A stretch of DNA of 64,000 nucleotides from a virus. The stretch covers positions 1 through 64,000 of the IMG/VR virus record IMGVR_UViG_3300046782_000129. One strand, written 5' to 3'. The number at the start of each line of letters is the position of its first letter. Within the stretch, counting starts at the first letter, position 1. Below are positions 49,349-58,099 of the stretch, in pieces. The notes beneath the pieces are model-generated. The model made no database searches, had not been told where the DNA came from, and saw only the letters and a list, made by a program, of their open reading frames with translations. A program made the position numbers and the translations under genes.

Positions 49349-49380
49349 GGGGGCGGTGTAAGCCGCCCTCTACTTTTTTG
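49349..49380 (+). terminator. Rho-independent terminator
   Basis: GGGCGG...CCGCCC stem plus TTTTTT. Confidence 0.65.
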
Positions 49381-49394
49381 TTGGTGGAGGCGTT

Positions 49395-49607
49395 GTGGGC
49401 AAGGAAGATCGTCAGTCGGGGATTGTCGTCCGAGTGTTCCCGGACAAAGGCTTTGGCTTCATCCGGGATCAGAAGGGCACAGAATACTTTTTCCATCGAA
49501 CCGCATGTCGTGAGTGGGACACCCTGAAGATGCACCAGTCAGTGACGTTCATGGTGCAAGACAACCCCAAGGGACCACGCGCCGAAGACATTGCGGCTTT
49601 GTCGTAG
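49395..49607 (+). CDS. Cold-shock domain protein
   Basis: KGFGFI (RNP1), YFFH (RNP2), KGPRA. Confidence 0.9.
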   Translation: MGKEDRQSGIVVRVFPDKGFGFIRDQKGTEYFFHRTACREWDTLKMHQSVTFMVQDNPKGPRAEDIAALS

Positions 49608-49620
49608 GAAAACACCCCAC

Positions 49621-49650
49621 TTGACAAACGTTTGACAAGTGTGTTAAGTT
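49621..49650 (+). promoter_or_regulatory. sigma70-type promoter (tandem TTGACAA)
   Basis: TTGACA at 49621 and 49632; TG-T-TAAGTT -10. Confidence 0.55.
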
Positions 49651-49722
49651 AGGGGTTCGGTCGTCGTCAAGTAGTTGTCATGACACTCGGGTACTATTGT
49701 CGGCAATAGGAGGAAGTTCACA

Positions 49723-50397
49723 ATGAAGCAGTTCAAGACTCTCACTCTCGCAGTCGCACTTCTCGCGGTCCCCGCACTCGCGTCGGCCAGCACCATTCTC
49801 CAGTTCACGGAGTCTGGTGGGTTCAACACGCCGTTCACGATTACCGGGAATGGAGCCACGGCCACCATCAGTGGCAACAAGACCGTCAGCGTCACCATCG
49901 ACCCGGCGTTCTGTGCCGTGGCCGGTTGTGGTGGGATCCCGACCACGGATACCTACGTGCTGAACTTGGTGGCCAACAGCATCGGGACCGCTCAGGTCGT
50001 CGGTACGTCATTCAGTGAGGCGTTCTCTGGGACGTTCTCGTTCACCGGCACGGGTGCTCACGCTGGTCTGAACTTGCTGACGGTTAATTTCACCGACCTG
50101 CTTCAGGGCAGCATCGGCGGAACGAACCCGACGCTCCAGTCCAGTCAGCCGCCTGACTCGTTCTCGGGCACGTCGGCCATCTTCGGCACGCTCAATCCGC
50201 CGCGTGGGTTCAGCTTCGGGTTCTCGAATTTGAACCCGGCGTTGGGCGTCAACGGTACGGCAGTCCGCAGCGGTGTTGGTGACCTCGCAGGCACCATCAA
50301 CGCGACGGCCTCCACGGTTCCGGAGCCGACGTCGATGGTGTTGCTCGGCAGCGGGCTGGCACTCTTCGCACGTAAGCTGAAGGCCCGCAAGCAGTAA
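49723..50397 (+). CDS. PEP-CTERM sorting-domain surface protein 1
   Basis: Signal peptide ending ALASA; Thr/Ser/Gly-rich body; VPEPTSMVLLGSGLALFARKLKARKQ. Confidence 0.93.
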   Translation: MKQFKTLTLAVALLAVPALASASTILQFTESGGFNTPFTITGNGATATISGNKTVSVTIDPAFCAVAGCGGIPTTDTYVLNLVANSIGTAQVVGTSFSEAFSGTFSFTGTGAHAGLNLLTVNFTDLLQGSIGGTNPTLQSSQPPDSFSGTSAIFGTLNPPRGFSFGFSNLNPALGVNGTAVRSGVGDLAGTINATASTVPEPTSMVLLGSGLALFARKLKARKQ

Positions 50398-50412
50398 GTC
50401 TCCCCAGCAAGG

Positions 50413-50456
50413 CCCACGCAGTGGCAGACCTCGTTCGAAGGGCACCACTGCGTGGG
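50413..50456 (+). terminator. Hairpin after PEP-CTERM gene 1
   Basis: Perfect 12-bp stem CCCACGCAGTGG/CCACTGCGTGGG followed by a pyrimidine tract. Confidence 0.6.
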
Positions 50457-50704
50457 ATTTCTCTCTAGATCCATAGGACAATTGGACTTGATGTAGGCTC
50501 TGTGGTAGAGTGCGGGCTTTCCCATGCCCAATTGCCATGATTGCCAGTTCTGGAAGAAAGATTGGGGTATCTGGGCGCACAACCGATGGACACGAGCGTA
50601 TTCCGAGAGAGGCTGGTGTACGTATCGTAAATTGGATCCACCCCTAGAGATGTCAGGCACGGCGATCTTCTGCCACTTTTATCAAGCCCTTCCAGAAAAA
50701 CCTG

Positions 50705-50902
50705 ATGTCTTCTATGCCCCCGGTCAATCGCAAGCTAGTCATCCAAGCGATGCTCAATGCATTGACCGCGCCCACCAAACCCCTGACTCAGTGGGAAGAG
50801 AAATTCTTGGAAAGCATCGGTGAAGATTTCGATGCCAAAGGTACGCTGTCAGAGAAGCAATTCGCGGTGCTAGACAGGATTTACAACGCGAAGGCGAATT
50901 GA
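50705..50902 (+). CDS. Small hypothetical protein
   Basis: LTQWEEKFLESI...LSEKQ..VL.RI pattern. Confidence 0.6.
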   Translation: MSSMPPVNRKLVIQAMLNALTAPTKPLTQWEEKFLESIGEDFDAKGTLSEKQFAVLDRIYNAKAN

Positions 50903-50919
50903 ATTTGACGAGAGGTTAG

Positions 50920-51035
50920 GCCCCGCAGTAGGATGGGGCTGGGTCGCCCGATGGGATTAGGTTGTAGACGATGTGAGGATGGGAGAGTCTTCTCACCGCG
51001 TCTGCTGGGGAGCCGAACCCACCGGGCGACTGCTT
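50920..51035 (+). ncRNA. Candidate structured RNA (rod-like hairpin)
   Basis: Nested stems GTCGCCCG/CGGGCGAC, TGGG/CCCA, GTAGACG/CGTCTGC, GTGAGGA/TTCTCAC in an intergenic gap. Confidence 0.45.
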
Positions 51036-51075
51036 TCTGCAACTGAGTGCAAAATCTTTGGAGGGAGAGCATACC

Positions 51076-51441
51076 ATGGATGGGCTGGTGCCGGGTAGGG
51101 TCGTCTACTACGTGCTCAGTGCGAAGGATGCCGAGGAAATCAACCGGCGAAGGACGACGCCGGGATCCATTGCCCAAGCGATGGAAGAGGGCACGTGGAC
51201 GGTGGGAGCGCAGGCCCACGTCGGCAGTGAGGTTCACGAGGGAGATGTTCTCCCGGCCCAAGTGATTCGCATCTGGAGTCAAGAGACGGGTAACGTTAAC
51301 CTCAAGGTCAATCTTGATGGCAGCGACACGTTCTGGGCGACGACTCGTGCCTATACCGAGAGTAAAAATCCCGGCACATGGCACTGGATGTTTGATGGCC
51401 AAAACACTCGGTACAGGCCGGATCGCGTGGAGAAAGCATGA
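51076..51441 (+). CDS. Hypothetical protein
   Basis: GRVVYYVLS..DAEEINRRR...VNLKV.LDG.D..WAT pattern; GGAGGG RBS. Confidence 0.75.
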   Translation: MDGLVPGRVVYYVLSAKDAEEINRRRTTPGSIAQAMEEGTWTVGAQAHVGSEVHEGDVLPAQVIRIWSQETGNVNLKVNLDGSDTFWATTRAYTESKNPGTWHWMFDGQNTRYRPDRVEKA

Positions 51442-51615
51442 GCACTGCACGGTGTCAACTGTGCGGGTCGTCAGAGTCCGCGTGGCGGATCAACGAAGCC
51501 AACATCAACGTTGGAGAACTCCGGAACTACTCGATTCAAGCGTGCGAACGATGCACGGATGTTCTGTCCGAAGCCATCGTGACTGCGTGTGAGTCGTTGA
51601 CAAGGGTGATGGATC

Positions 51616-52236
51616 ATGGCGGGCAGACCACCGTTCGAACGACTGAGGGCGTTGGGCGAAGCACGGTTCCAGAAGATTCTGAATCATCTGATGCAAGGGA
51701 AGCCAGCGATGACGCTGGCCCGAGAGATTCAGCAACCTTTGCCCGTGGGTTGGGGTGAGTTCCAAGACGTCGCAGAGAAGACCCTCACTCAGCAACTGAA
51801 CCGTCTCCGTATGGAGGCGGCAGAGGGAGCCTTTGGTCCAGAGATGGCCAAGCAGATCGTGGCCGTCGCTGCCCAACCGAGTAAAGTGCTCGGACATATC
51901 TCCGTCAGTGTCCTCCAGCGCATGGAGGCGTTGTCCGACATCCAGCAGCAACGAGTCCTCACCCTTGTAGAGAAGGAGCAGGTAGGGAAGTTCGTCCACC
52001 CGGCCACCAACGAAGTCATCCTGACCTATCGGCAACTTCTGCTCGATTTACAGAAGATTCGCTTTGATTTGGGACTCGATGACTTCAAGGGACCGGTGAC
52101 TTCTACCGCGATGCGCGGGGCGACCCAGCAGGTCTCCCTTCCTGACGGAACAAATATTCAGCGGCAGGTCTTCGAAGCGGTCAGTACGGTCGAGCAAATC
52201 TTTGACGCCCGGAAGATTCCTCTGCCGGGGCGATGA
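51616..52236 (+). CDS. Putative terminase small subunit
   Basis: Helical 206-aa ORF with HTH-like N-terminus upstream of TerL; mainly positional inference. Confidence 0.5.
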   Translation: MAGRPPFERLRALGEARFQKILNHLMQGKPAMTLAREIQQPLPVGWGEFQDVAEKTLTQQLNRLRMEAAEGAFGPEMAKQIVAVAAQPSKVLGHISVSVLQRMEALSDIQQQRVLTLVEKEQVGKFVHPATNEVILTYRQLLLDLQKIRFDLGLDDFKGPVTSTAMRGATQQVSLPDGTNIQRQVFEAVSTVEQIFDARKIPLPGR

Positions 52237-52291
52237 TGCTTGCTTGTGCTTGCTTGGAAAATGCTTGCTTGTGCTTGCTTGTGCTTGCTTG
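52236..52291. repeat. 56-bp element, copy 2 (inverted)
   Basis: Exact reverse complement of 2521-2576. Confidence 0.95.
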
Positions 52292-52294
52292 GAC

Positions 52295-52519
52295 ATGTTG
52301 ATTTTCAAGGAAGAGAAAAAACTACCGAAAGTATTGGAAATTGTGCTGGTTTGCCCGGAGTGCTTGCACGTGTGGCATGCCGCGTCCATCGTGCTCGGTA
52401 CGTGGTGGGCGGGACCACCGGAAGCGACCGCCAAACAGTGTTACTGTCCGAAGTGCGAGACGCCGCCACCGATGCGTATCCACAAGATTCGTCATGTTGA
52501 CTTTCAAACGGGGAGATAA
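52295..52519 (+). CDS. Small zinc-ribbon protein
   Basis: CPEC...CPKC. Confidence 0.5.
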   Translation: MLIFKEEKKLPKVLEIVLVCPECLHVWHAASIVLGTWWAGPPEATAKQCYCPKCETPPPMRIHKIRHVDFQTGR

Positions 52520-54500
52520 CGGCAAGAGTCTGGTCGCCCACAAGACCAGCCAAGAACATCTGGATGTGGTGAACGAGCGTGCCCACCTGTACCTCCGCCA
52601 GTACCTTGGCCACCATCACGCCGAGAAGATTTGGTTCGCGGGCCAGAAGATCCTTGACCTCAACGAGCGGGCCATGTTCTACGCTCAGATGGTCGTCCAC
52701 GTCGAAGAAGAACTCCGGGGCCAGTCCTCCACGGTTATCCAAGACTTCGCCCAGTATAAGTGGAAGCCGGTGGGCATCAAGGAGTTCATCTGCTCCACGC
52801 ATTACCTGAATAAGCAGGCGGAGATTTATCCCGGTGTGCTGGAAGCTGCCGAGGAGTTGAACAACGGCACGTACGTGGAAGCCGTCATGACCGGAGGTAT
52901 CGGGTCAGGCAAGACCACGCTGGCTCTGTACACGAACGCCTATCAGTTGTATCTGCTGTCCTGCATGAGAAGTCCGCACAAGCAGTTCGGGCTGGACCCG
53001 TCATCTGAAATCATGTTGATTTTTCAGTCGATGACCATGCAGTTGGCCAGAGGCGTGGACTATCAACGGTTCCGGAACATGATCGAGGGCAGTCCCTACT
53101 TCCTGAAGCACTACCCCTTCCAGCGAGACTTGCAGAGCCGGTTGGTGTTCCCGAACCGCGTGGAGGTCGTGCCGGTCTCAGGCTCAGAGACTGCCGCCAT
53201 CGGCCAGAACGTCATGGGCGGATTGATTGACGAGTTGAACTACATGGCCGTGGTTGAGAAGTCGCGGGTGGCCGTGGACCGAGGCACTTACGACCAAGCC
53301 ATTCTCCTCTACAACAGCATCGCCAGACGCCGGAAGAGCCGTTTCATGGAGAACGGCAAGCTCCCCGGCATTCTCTGTCTGGTGTCCAGTAAGAAGTACC
53401 CCGGCCAGTTCACGGACCAGAAGGTGGCCGAGGCAGAGCGGGACCCCAGCATCTTCGTCTACGACCGCCGCGTCTGGGACATCAAGCCGGATGACTTCGG
53501 GAATCAAGGATGGTTCTCGGTCTTCGCAGGCGACCTGACGCGCAAGCCACGCATCATGGACGAAGACGATGAGGTGGCCGACGAGGATCGTCCGTTGGTG
53601 GTGGCCGTCCCCGAAGAGTTCAGAACCGAGTTCGAAAAGGATGTCATCAATGCGCTGAGAGAAATTGCAGGCGTGAGCACACTGGCCCGCCACCCCTTCT
53701 TCTTGGAGGTGGACAAGGTGCATCACTCCTTCATGGAACGAGAGTCGATCTTCAGCCAGCCTGTGGTGGACTTCGTGAACCAGCGGCTGACGCTCTTGAA
53801 ACGCAACTTCTGGAACCCCGAGGTGCCGAGGTTCGCGCATTGTGACTTAGCCCTCTCCGGAGATAGTGCAGGCTTAGCCATCGGCACGGTTACGAACTTC
53901 AAGAACGTGTCCAGCGACCAAGGCCAGCCCGCCTACATGCCGAACATCTGGATCGATGGGGTGTTGGAGGTCCGTCCCCCGAAGAACTGTGAAATCCTTC
54001 TGAGCAAGATCCGAGAGGTCATCATCGTCCTGAAGAAGATGGGCCTGAACATCATCTGGGTGACGTTCGATCAATTTCAGTCGAGCGACAGTCAACAGAT
54101 TCTCAGGCAGCAGGGATTGATCACGGGCCACCAGTCGATGGATGAAGTGCCGTGCAGGCCCTATGATTTCTTGAAGACTGCCGTGTATGAAGGCCGGTTG
54201 AACGCCCCGATCATGCCGAAGCTTCAGCGAGAGATGCTGATGTTGGAGAAGGATACGAAGCACGGGCGAGTGGACCACCCACCGGGCGGGAGCAAGGACT
54301 GCGCGGATGCGTTGGCGGGTGTGGCCTTCGGCCTGACTATGCGACGGGAACTGTGGGGCCTGTATCGGATCCCGACCCTCATGATCCCCCAGAGCGTCTA
54401 CGCCAGCGTGGATAAGCTCAAGCCGAAGGAAGACCAGCCAGACTACCAGCCCGAGTTGAGTCTGGTGGCGACGGAGCGAGGTCTTACGACCCCGATGTAA
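52494..54500 (+). CDS. Terminase large subunit
   Basis: GGIGSGKT, GGLIDE, HCDLA, TFDQFQS, VDHPPGGSKDCADA. Start uncertain. Confidence 0.9.
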   Translation: MLTFKRGDNGKSLVAHKTSQEHLDVVNERAHLYLRQYLGHHHAEKIWFAGQKILDLNERAMFYAQMVVHVEEELRGQSSTVIQDFAQYKWKPVGIKEFICSTHYLNKQAEIYPGVLEAAEELNNGTYVEAVMTGGIGSGKTTLALYTNAYQLYLLSCMRSPHKQFGLDPSSEIMLIFQSMTMQLARGVDYQRFRNMIEGSPYFLKHYPFQRDLQSRLVFPNRVEVVPVSGSETAAIGQNVMGGLIDELNYMAVVEKSRVAVDRGTYDQAILLYNSIARRRKSRFMENGKLPGILCLVSSKKYPGQFTDQKVAEAERDPSIFVYDRRVWDIKPDDFGNQGWFSVFAGDLTRKPRIMDEDDEVADEDRPLVVAVPEEFRTEFEKDVINALREIAGVSTLARHPFFLEVDKVHHSFMERESIFSQPVVDFVNQRLTLLKRNFWNPEVPRFAHCDLALSGDSAGLAIGTVTNFKNVSSDQGQPAYMPNIWIDGVLEVRPPKNCEILLSKIREVIIVLKKMGLNIIWVTFDQFQSSDSQQILRQQGLITGHQSMDEVPCRPYDFLKTAVYEGRLNAPIMPKLQREMLMLEKDTKHGRVDHPPGGSKDCADALAGVAFGLTMRRELWGLYRIPTLMIPQSVYASVDKLKPKEDQPDYQPELSLVATERGLTTPM

Positions 54501-54798
54501 GGCACCCCTCCTTGAGTGCCGTGCCGTACATCTCTTCGAACCCCTCCGGGGCTTCCGTGCAGACCACGGCCAGCTTGTTGCAGGTCACGCAGAACGAGTT
54601 CCACCGGCCAGCCGGGTCATTGGACCGACGCACCCACGAGCGCATGTCGTGGCCCAGCTTGCGGGCGGCAGCAGCAGCGGCCTTCTTGCGGGCCGACAGA
54701 TCCCCGAAGTGATCGATGGCGTTGTAACGCTGGACGATGATGCGACGTTTCCTTGGTGCCAGATTTGAAGAACGACGACGAGCAAACTTCAAAGCCAT
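54484..54798 (-). CDS. Hypothetical basic Cys/His protein (only credible minus-strand gene)
   Basis: AAGGAG RBS on the minus strand and its own promoter; GHDM...CVTC. Confidence 0.7.
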   Translation of the reverse strand: MALKFARRRSSNLAPRKRRIIVQRYNAIDHFGDLSARKKAAAAAARKLGHDMRSWVRRSNDPAGRWNSFCVTCNKLAVVCTEAPEGFEEMYGTALKEGCLTSGS

Positions 54799-54843
54799 GT
54801 TTTCTCCTTGGTTTGATTGCTCACTCCTTGAGCGTACACATGG

Positions 54844-54905
54844 ATCATATCATAGGCCCCTCAGGTTTGTCAAGTTTGACAAATCCCAAAGCTGTGTGAT
54901 ATGAT
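54844..54905. promoter_or_regulatory. Back-to-back divergent sigma70 promoters
   Basis: TTGACA-N18-TATGAT on both strands; -35 boxes 2 bp apart. Confidence 0.8.
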
Positions 54906-54950
54906 CAGTAGAGTCGGAAACTCATGGAGGAGTTTCTGGAGGGAGAGACA

Positions 54951-55199
54951 ATGGCAAAGAAGAAGACGACAGCGGTACCCACCCCGGTGAAGTACGACAG
55001 CCGGATCTGTTTCGGGATTGCCTACTTCACGACGGAGGAAGACGCCATGGCATTCGACCGTCATGTGCGGGCACTAGGCATCACGTACAACGGCGGCTAC
55101 TTTCACGGGATGGCCTGTGGCCGGGACAAGACGTGGGACCACGTGGACCAGTCAGGCGGCTATCTCCATGGCAAGAAGCTCTACGCGGTGACCCAGTAA
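54951..55199 (+). CDS. Small hypothetical protein
   Basis: GGAGGG RBS. Confidence 0.7.
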   Translation: MAKKKTTAVPTPVKYDSRICFGIAYFTTEEDAMAFDRHVRALGITYNGGYFHGMACGRDKTWDHVDQSGGYLHGKKLYAVTQ

Positions 55200-55507
55200 T
55201 GGCGCGGCTCACCAAAGAACGTTACGAGGTCGAGTGGTGGGTGTTGACCGATGCCGCCAAAGCTCGGAAGGCCCGTGAGCAGACTGAAGCGGGTTACATC
55301 TACGAGCACGACCGAGACCAAGACGAGCAGTCGATGTTCGAAGTCTTCCTCAAGGAGAAGGACGCTCTTGCCTTCGCCCGGAAGGTGGTGGACGAATATC
55401 AGACGGTCTACGGCCATGCGACGGTGACGAAGCAGCGACTGGAGAACGTGGAGGGCACACGGATGTGGGAGTGGGAAGACATCGGTGAACCCACCTACGT
55501 CGAGTAA
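55199..55507 (+). CDS. Small hypothetical protein
   Basis: TAATG coupling. Confidence 0.65.
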   Translation: MARLTKERYEVEWWVLTDAAKARKAREQTEAGYIYEHDRDQDEQSMFEVFLKEKDALAFARKVVDEYQTVYGHATVTKQRLENVEGTRMWEWEDIGEPTYVE

Positions 55508-55528
55508 ATCTGCTGCAATCGGTTGCAT

Positions 55529-55558
55529 TTGACAAACCATTGGGGGGCGTGGTAGTAT
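55529..55558 (+). promoter_or_regulatory. sigma70-type promoter with abutting palindrome
   Basis: TTGACA-N18-TAGTAT with extended TG; palindrome at 55514-55527. Confidence 0.7.
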
Positions 55559-55619
55559 CCACGTCCCCCCTCTTTCTAGGGGAGGGGGTTCGTTCCCTAA
55601 GACAGAGGAGCAAGCACAC

Positions 55620-56423
55620 ATGAAGAAGACTCTCCAGTTCGTTCTTGCAGTGGCTATGGTAGGGATCTTCGCAGCGTCGGCATCGGCGGCGTCCATCACG
55701 TTCGTGGGTTCATCGGGCACCTTGGCAGCAGCCACACGTATCACCGATCTTGGTGGTGGCCTGCTGCGGATCGAGTTGGGCAACTTCGGGAGCGCAGCGG
55801 TGATCCCGGTGGATGTGCTGACCGGCGTGTTTTTCGACGGGAACAACGCGGTGTTGTCCAGCTTGGGCAACGTCTCAGCGATCACGTCGGCCACGACGAC
55901 CATCACGAATCCGAATAGTTGTGGCGCAGGCGCGGCAGCGTGCCCGAGTGGAGCCAACCTGAATGTCGGTGGCGAGTTCGCATCGGCGGCGAATCCGCTG
56001 GGCGTCTACGACTTCGGCATCAGTAGCTCGGGACTCGGCATTTTCGGGAACGCCAATTTCCTTGGCCCCGATTTGTCCGACCCGGTTGCTGTCAACGGCC
56101 TGAACTTCGGCATGGTCAGCATCCCGAACGGCATTTCGGGTGGGGCCAATCCGGCAGTCTTGGCTGCTCCGCTGCTCCGTGGCGTCGTGACGTTCACGTT
56201 GCAGGGGCAAGTCGGGTTCAATCCGGCGACGGGGATCACCGGCGTTCGCTTCCAGTATGGGACGGCCCTGACGGATGCGAACTTCATCGGTACTCCGCTG
56301 CCTCCGGGTGTTCCAACGCCGTTCGACGTTGGTCCGACAGCGGTGCCGGAACCGGCATCGATGATGCTTCTCGGTAGCGGGCTACTCGCTGGTGCCCGTT
56401 ACGCCCGTCGTCGCAAGAAGTAA
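55620..56423 (+). CDS. PEP-CTERM sorting-domain surface protein 2 (possibly XDD4-like)
   Basis: Signal peptide ending ASASA; VPEPASMMLLGSGLLAGARYARRRKK; DVLTGVFF, NVGGE, GISSSGLG motifs. Confidence 0.93.
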   Translation: MKKTLQFVLAVAMVGIFAASASAASITFVGSSGTLAAATRITDLGGGLLRIELGNFGSAAVIPVDVLTGVFFDGNNAVLSSLGNVSAITSATTTITNPNSCGAGAAACPSGANLNVGGEFASAANPLGVYDFGISSSGLGIFGNANFLGPDLSDPVAVNGLNFGMVSIPNGISGGANPAVLAAPLLRGVVTFTLQGQVGFNPATGITGVRFQYGTALTDANFIGTPLPPGVPTPFDVGPTAVPEPASMMLLGSGLLAGARYARRRKK

Positions 56424-56529
56424 GTTCTCCCTGCTCGGAAGCGTACTGCCATTCGCTTAGCCCGTTGTTACGGCCCCGGCACAACGCCGAGAAAGTCCGG
56501 GGCAATTTTCCTTCCAGACTGGGCGACCT

Positions 56530-57639
56530 ATGACACGGTACACGCCTGACCAGTTAGCGCAACGAGCGAAGATCGAACCACGTGCCGCCGGGTATCGTTA
56601 CGGCTGTTGCTGGAACGATGCAGAAACGCTGTTCACGTGTGTGACCGGAGCCACCACTGAGGTCAAGGCCACGGATGGTCGCACGTGGACCGGAGTGCTG
56701 CCGCATGCGGCCATCTTCCAGAGCGGAGCATCGTCACACGGTACGTGGGCGGTGGCCTACGGTAGTTGGGACGATGACCAGTTATACGTGTTCGGCCCGG
56801 ACAGTTTTGTGCAGGGCCAGATTCGTGTGGCGGCTCTCGGTCCCAAGTGGGGCAACAACACCACGTTCATCGAAGCCGCCGAGTGGGGCTTCACCGTCTA
56901 CTGGATCAATGCCAGTGACATTTGGAAGTACACGAAGACGCGCCTGTCGTTGGCCCTTGGCGTGATTGGCACCGAGATGATCCCGGTGCCGGTGGAACTT
57001 GCGCCACCCGCAAGCGGATGGGCCGATGTCGTGAGCCACGAGCCGTTGTGGTTGGCCGGTCCCGTGGTCAATGGCACCGGCAGCTACGGCAACATGGCGA
57101 CGACCGCCCCTGATGGCACGACGCATCTGTTTCGTCCGATGACCCGTGGACGTTTCACGTCGGGGCAAGCGGACAACACGGTGAGCGGTCTACCGGGAAC
57201 GATCATCCTCGATGTGCCCACGGGAAAGATTTTGCGTGCGACCAACGTGGACTCGCAGATTGGACCCGTCCTCGCATGTACGCCGAGTGGCCGTGGAGTC
57301 ACGGTGTCCCCCGGTCCAGAAGGTCCGTATCAGATTCAGTTCTCGGAGCAGTGGACGCTGGAACCAGTACACTCCGTTATTACGCCGCCTACGCCGCCTG
57401 ATCCAGTCAAACCGCCCAACCCTGTGGAGCCGCCCATGAACAAACCCGGTGTCAACATCACGTCCTACGACAAGACGCTCACGCCAACAACGAACTGGCG
57501 TGTCGTAGTTGAAGACCGCAACAATCCGGGCGTTAAGTGTGTCGTGGAACTGCTGCACGGGGATCTGCATGTGACGTTGGACAACCCTGCGGGAAGTGAT
57601 CGGAGCGGACTGGCACGACCCATCGTCATTCAAAGTTAA
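56530..57639 (+). CDS. Hypothetical beta-rich protein with Pro-rich linker
   Basis: 369-aa ORF. Confidence 0.65.
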   Translation: MTRYTPDQLAQRAKIEPRAAGYRYGCCWNDAETLFTCVTGATTEVKATDGRTWTGVLPHAAIFQSGASSHGTWAVAYGSWDDDQLYVFGPDSFVQGQIRVAALGPKWGNNTTFIEAAEWGFTVYWINASDIWKYTKTRLSLALGVIGTEMIPVPVELAPPASGWADVVSHEPLWLAGPVVNGTGSYGNMATTAPDGTTHLFRPMTRGRFTSGQADNTVSGLPGTIILDVPTGKILRATNVDSQIGPVLACTPSGRGVTVSPGPEGPYQIQFSEQWTLEPVHSVITPPTPPDPVKPPNPVEPPMNKPGVNITSYDKTLTPTTNWRVVVEDRNNPGVKCVVELLHGDLHVTLDNPAGSDRSGLARPIVIQS

Positions 57640-57649
57640 GGAGCCTCAC

Positions 57650-58096
57650 ATGAAGAAGGACAATCCCGCGTCAGATGTTCCACCACCGGATGACCCGATG
57701 CACTTTCCGGCGAAGAAACCGCAGGCGAAGAAAGAAACACGCACCGTGACGGCGCAAGCTGGTCCGATGGCCGCGAGAGCCGTGTTCAACGCTAGCCAGT
57801 TGGTGGACCTGCACGATGGGTCGTTTGCGGTGCATGTTGAAAATCCGCTCCGCTACAGTTACGACCAAGGTCCGGATGCTGGCACGACGCTCTCTGGACA
57901 AGGCGAATCACCACAGGGCACGGTGTTCTTGTCGATCAATCCGCTCGGAGGGTGGGAGTGCCGTCCGAATGATCCCGCCGTGATCGGCGCGTGGGAACGT
58001 TTTTACAAGCAGGACGGGTTGATCATCGTGAAGCCGTCCGACTTCGATGCCAACCAGCCGCACGTGGCGTACGCCTTCATCTGCTCGGAGAAGTAG
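57650..58096 (+). CDS. Hypothetical protein with fascin/beta-trefoil-like motif
   Basis: AAGGAG RBS; FLSINP.G..E.RP...IGAWERF. Confidence 0.6.
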   Translation: MKKDNPASDVPPPDDPMHFPAKKPQAKKETRTVTAQAGPMAARAVFNASQLVDLHDGSFAVHVENPLRYSYDQGPDAGTTLSGQGESPQGTVFLSINPLGGWECRPNDPAVIGAWERFYKQDGLIIVKPSDFDANQPHVAYAFICSEK

Positions 58097-58099
58097 GTT

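Noticed and set aside
50920-51035. tRNA, SRP or 6S RNA identity for the hairpin region
   Set aside because: No cloverleaf or T-loop, no SRP domain IV motif, and too short with no large central bubble for 6S.
50524-51758. ORFs 50524-50823 and 51438-51758 as confident genes
   Set aside because: Their Cys-rich N-termini are plausible, but each overlaps a better-supported gene by more than 100 bp, so they were left uncalled.
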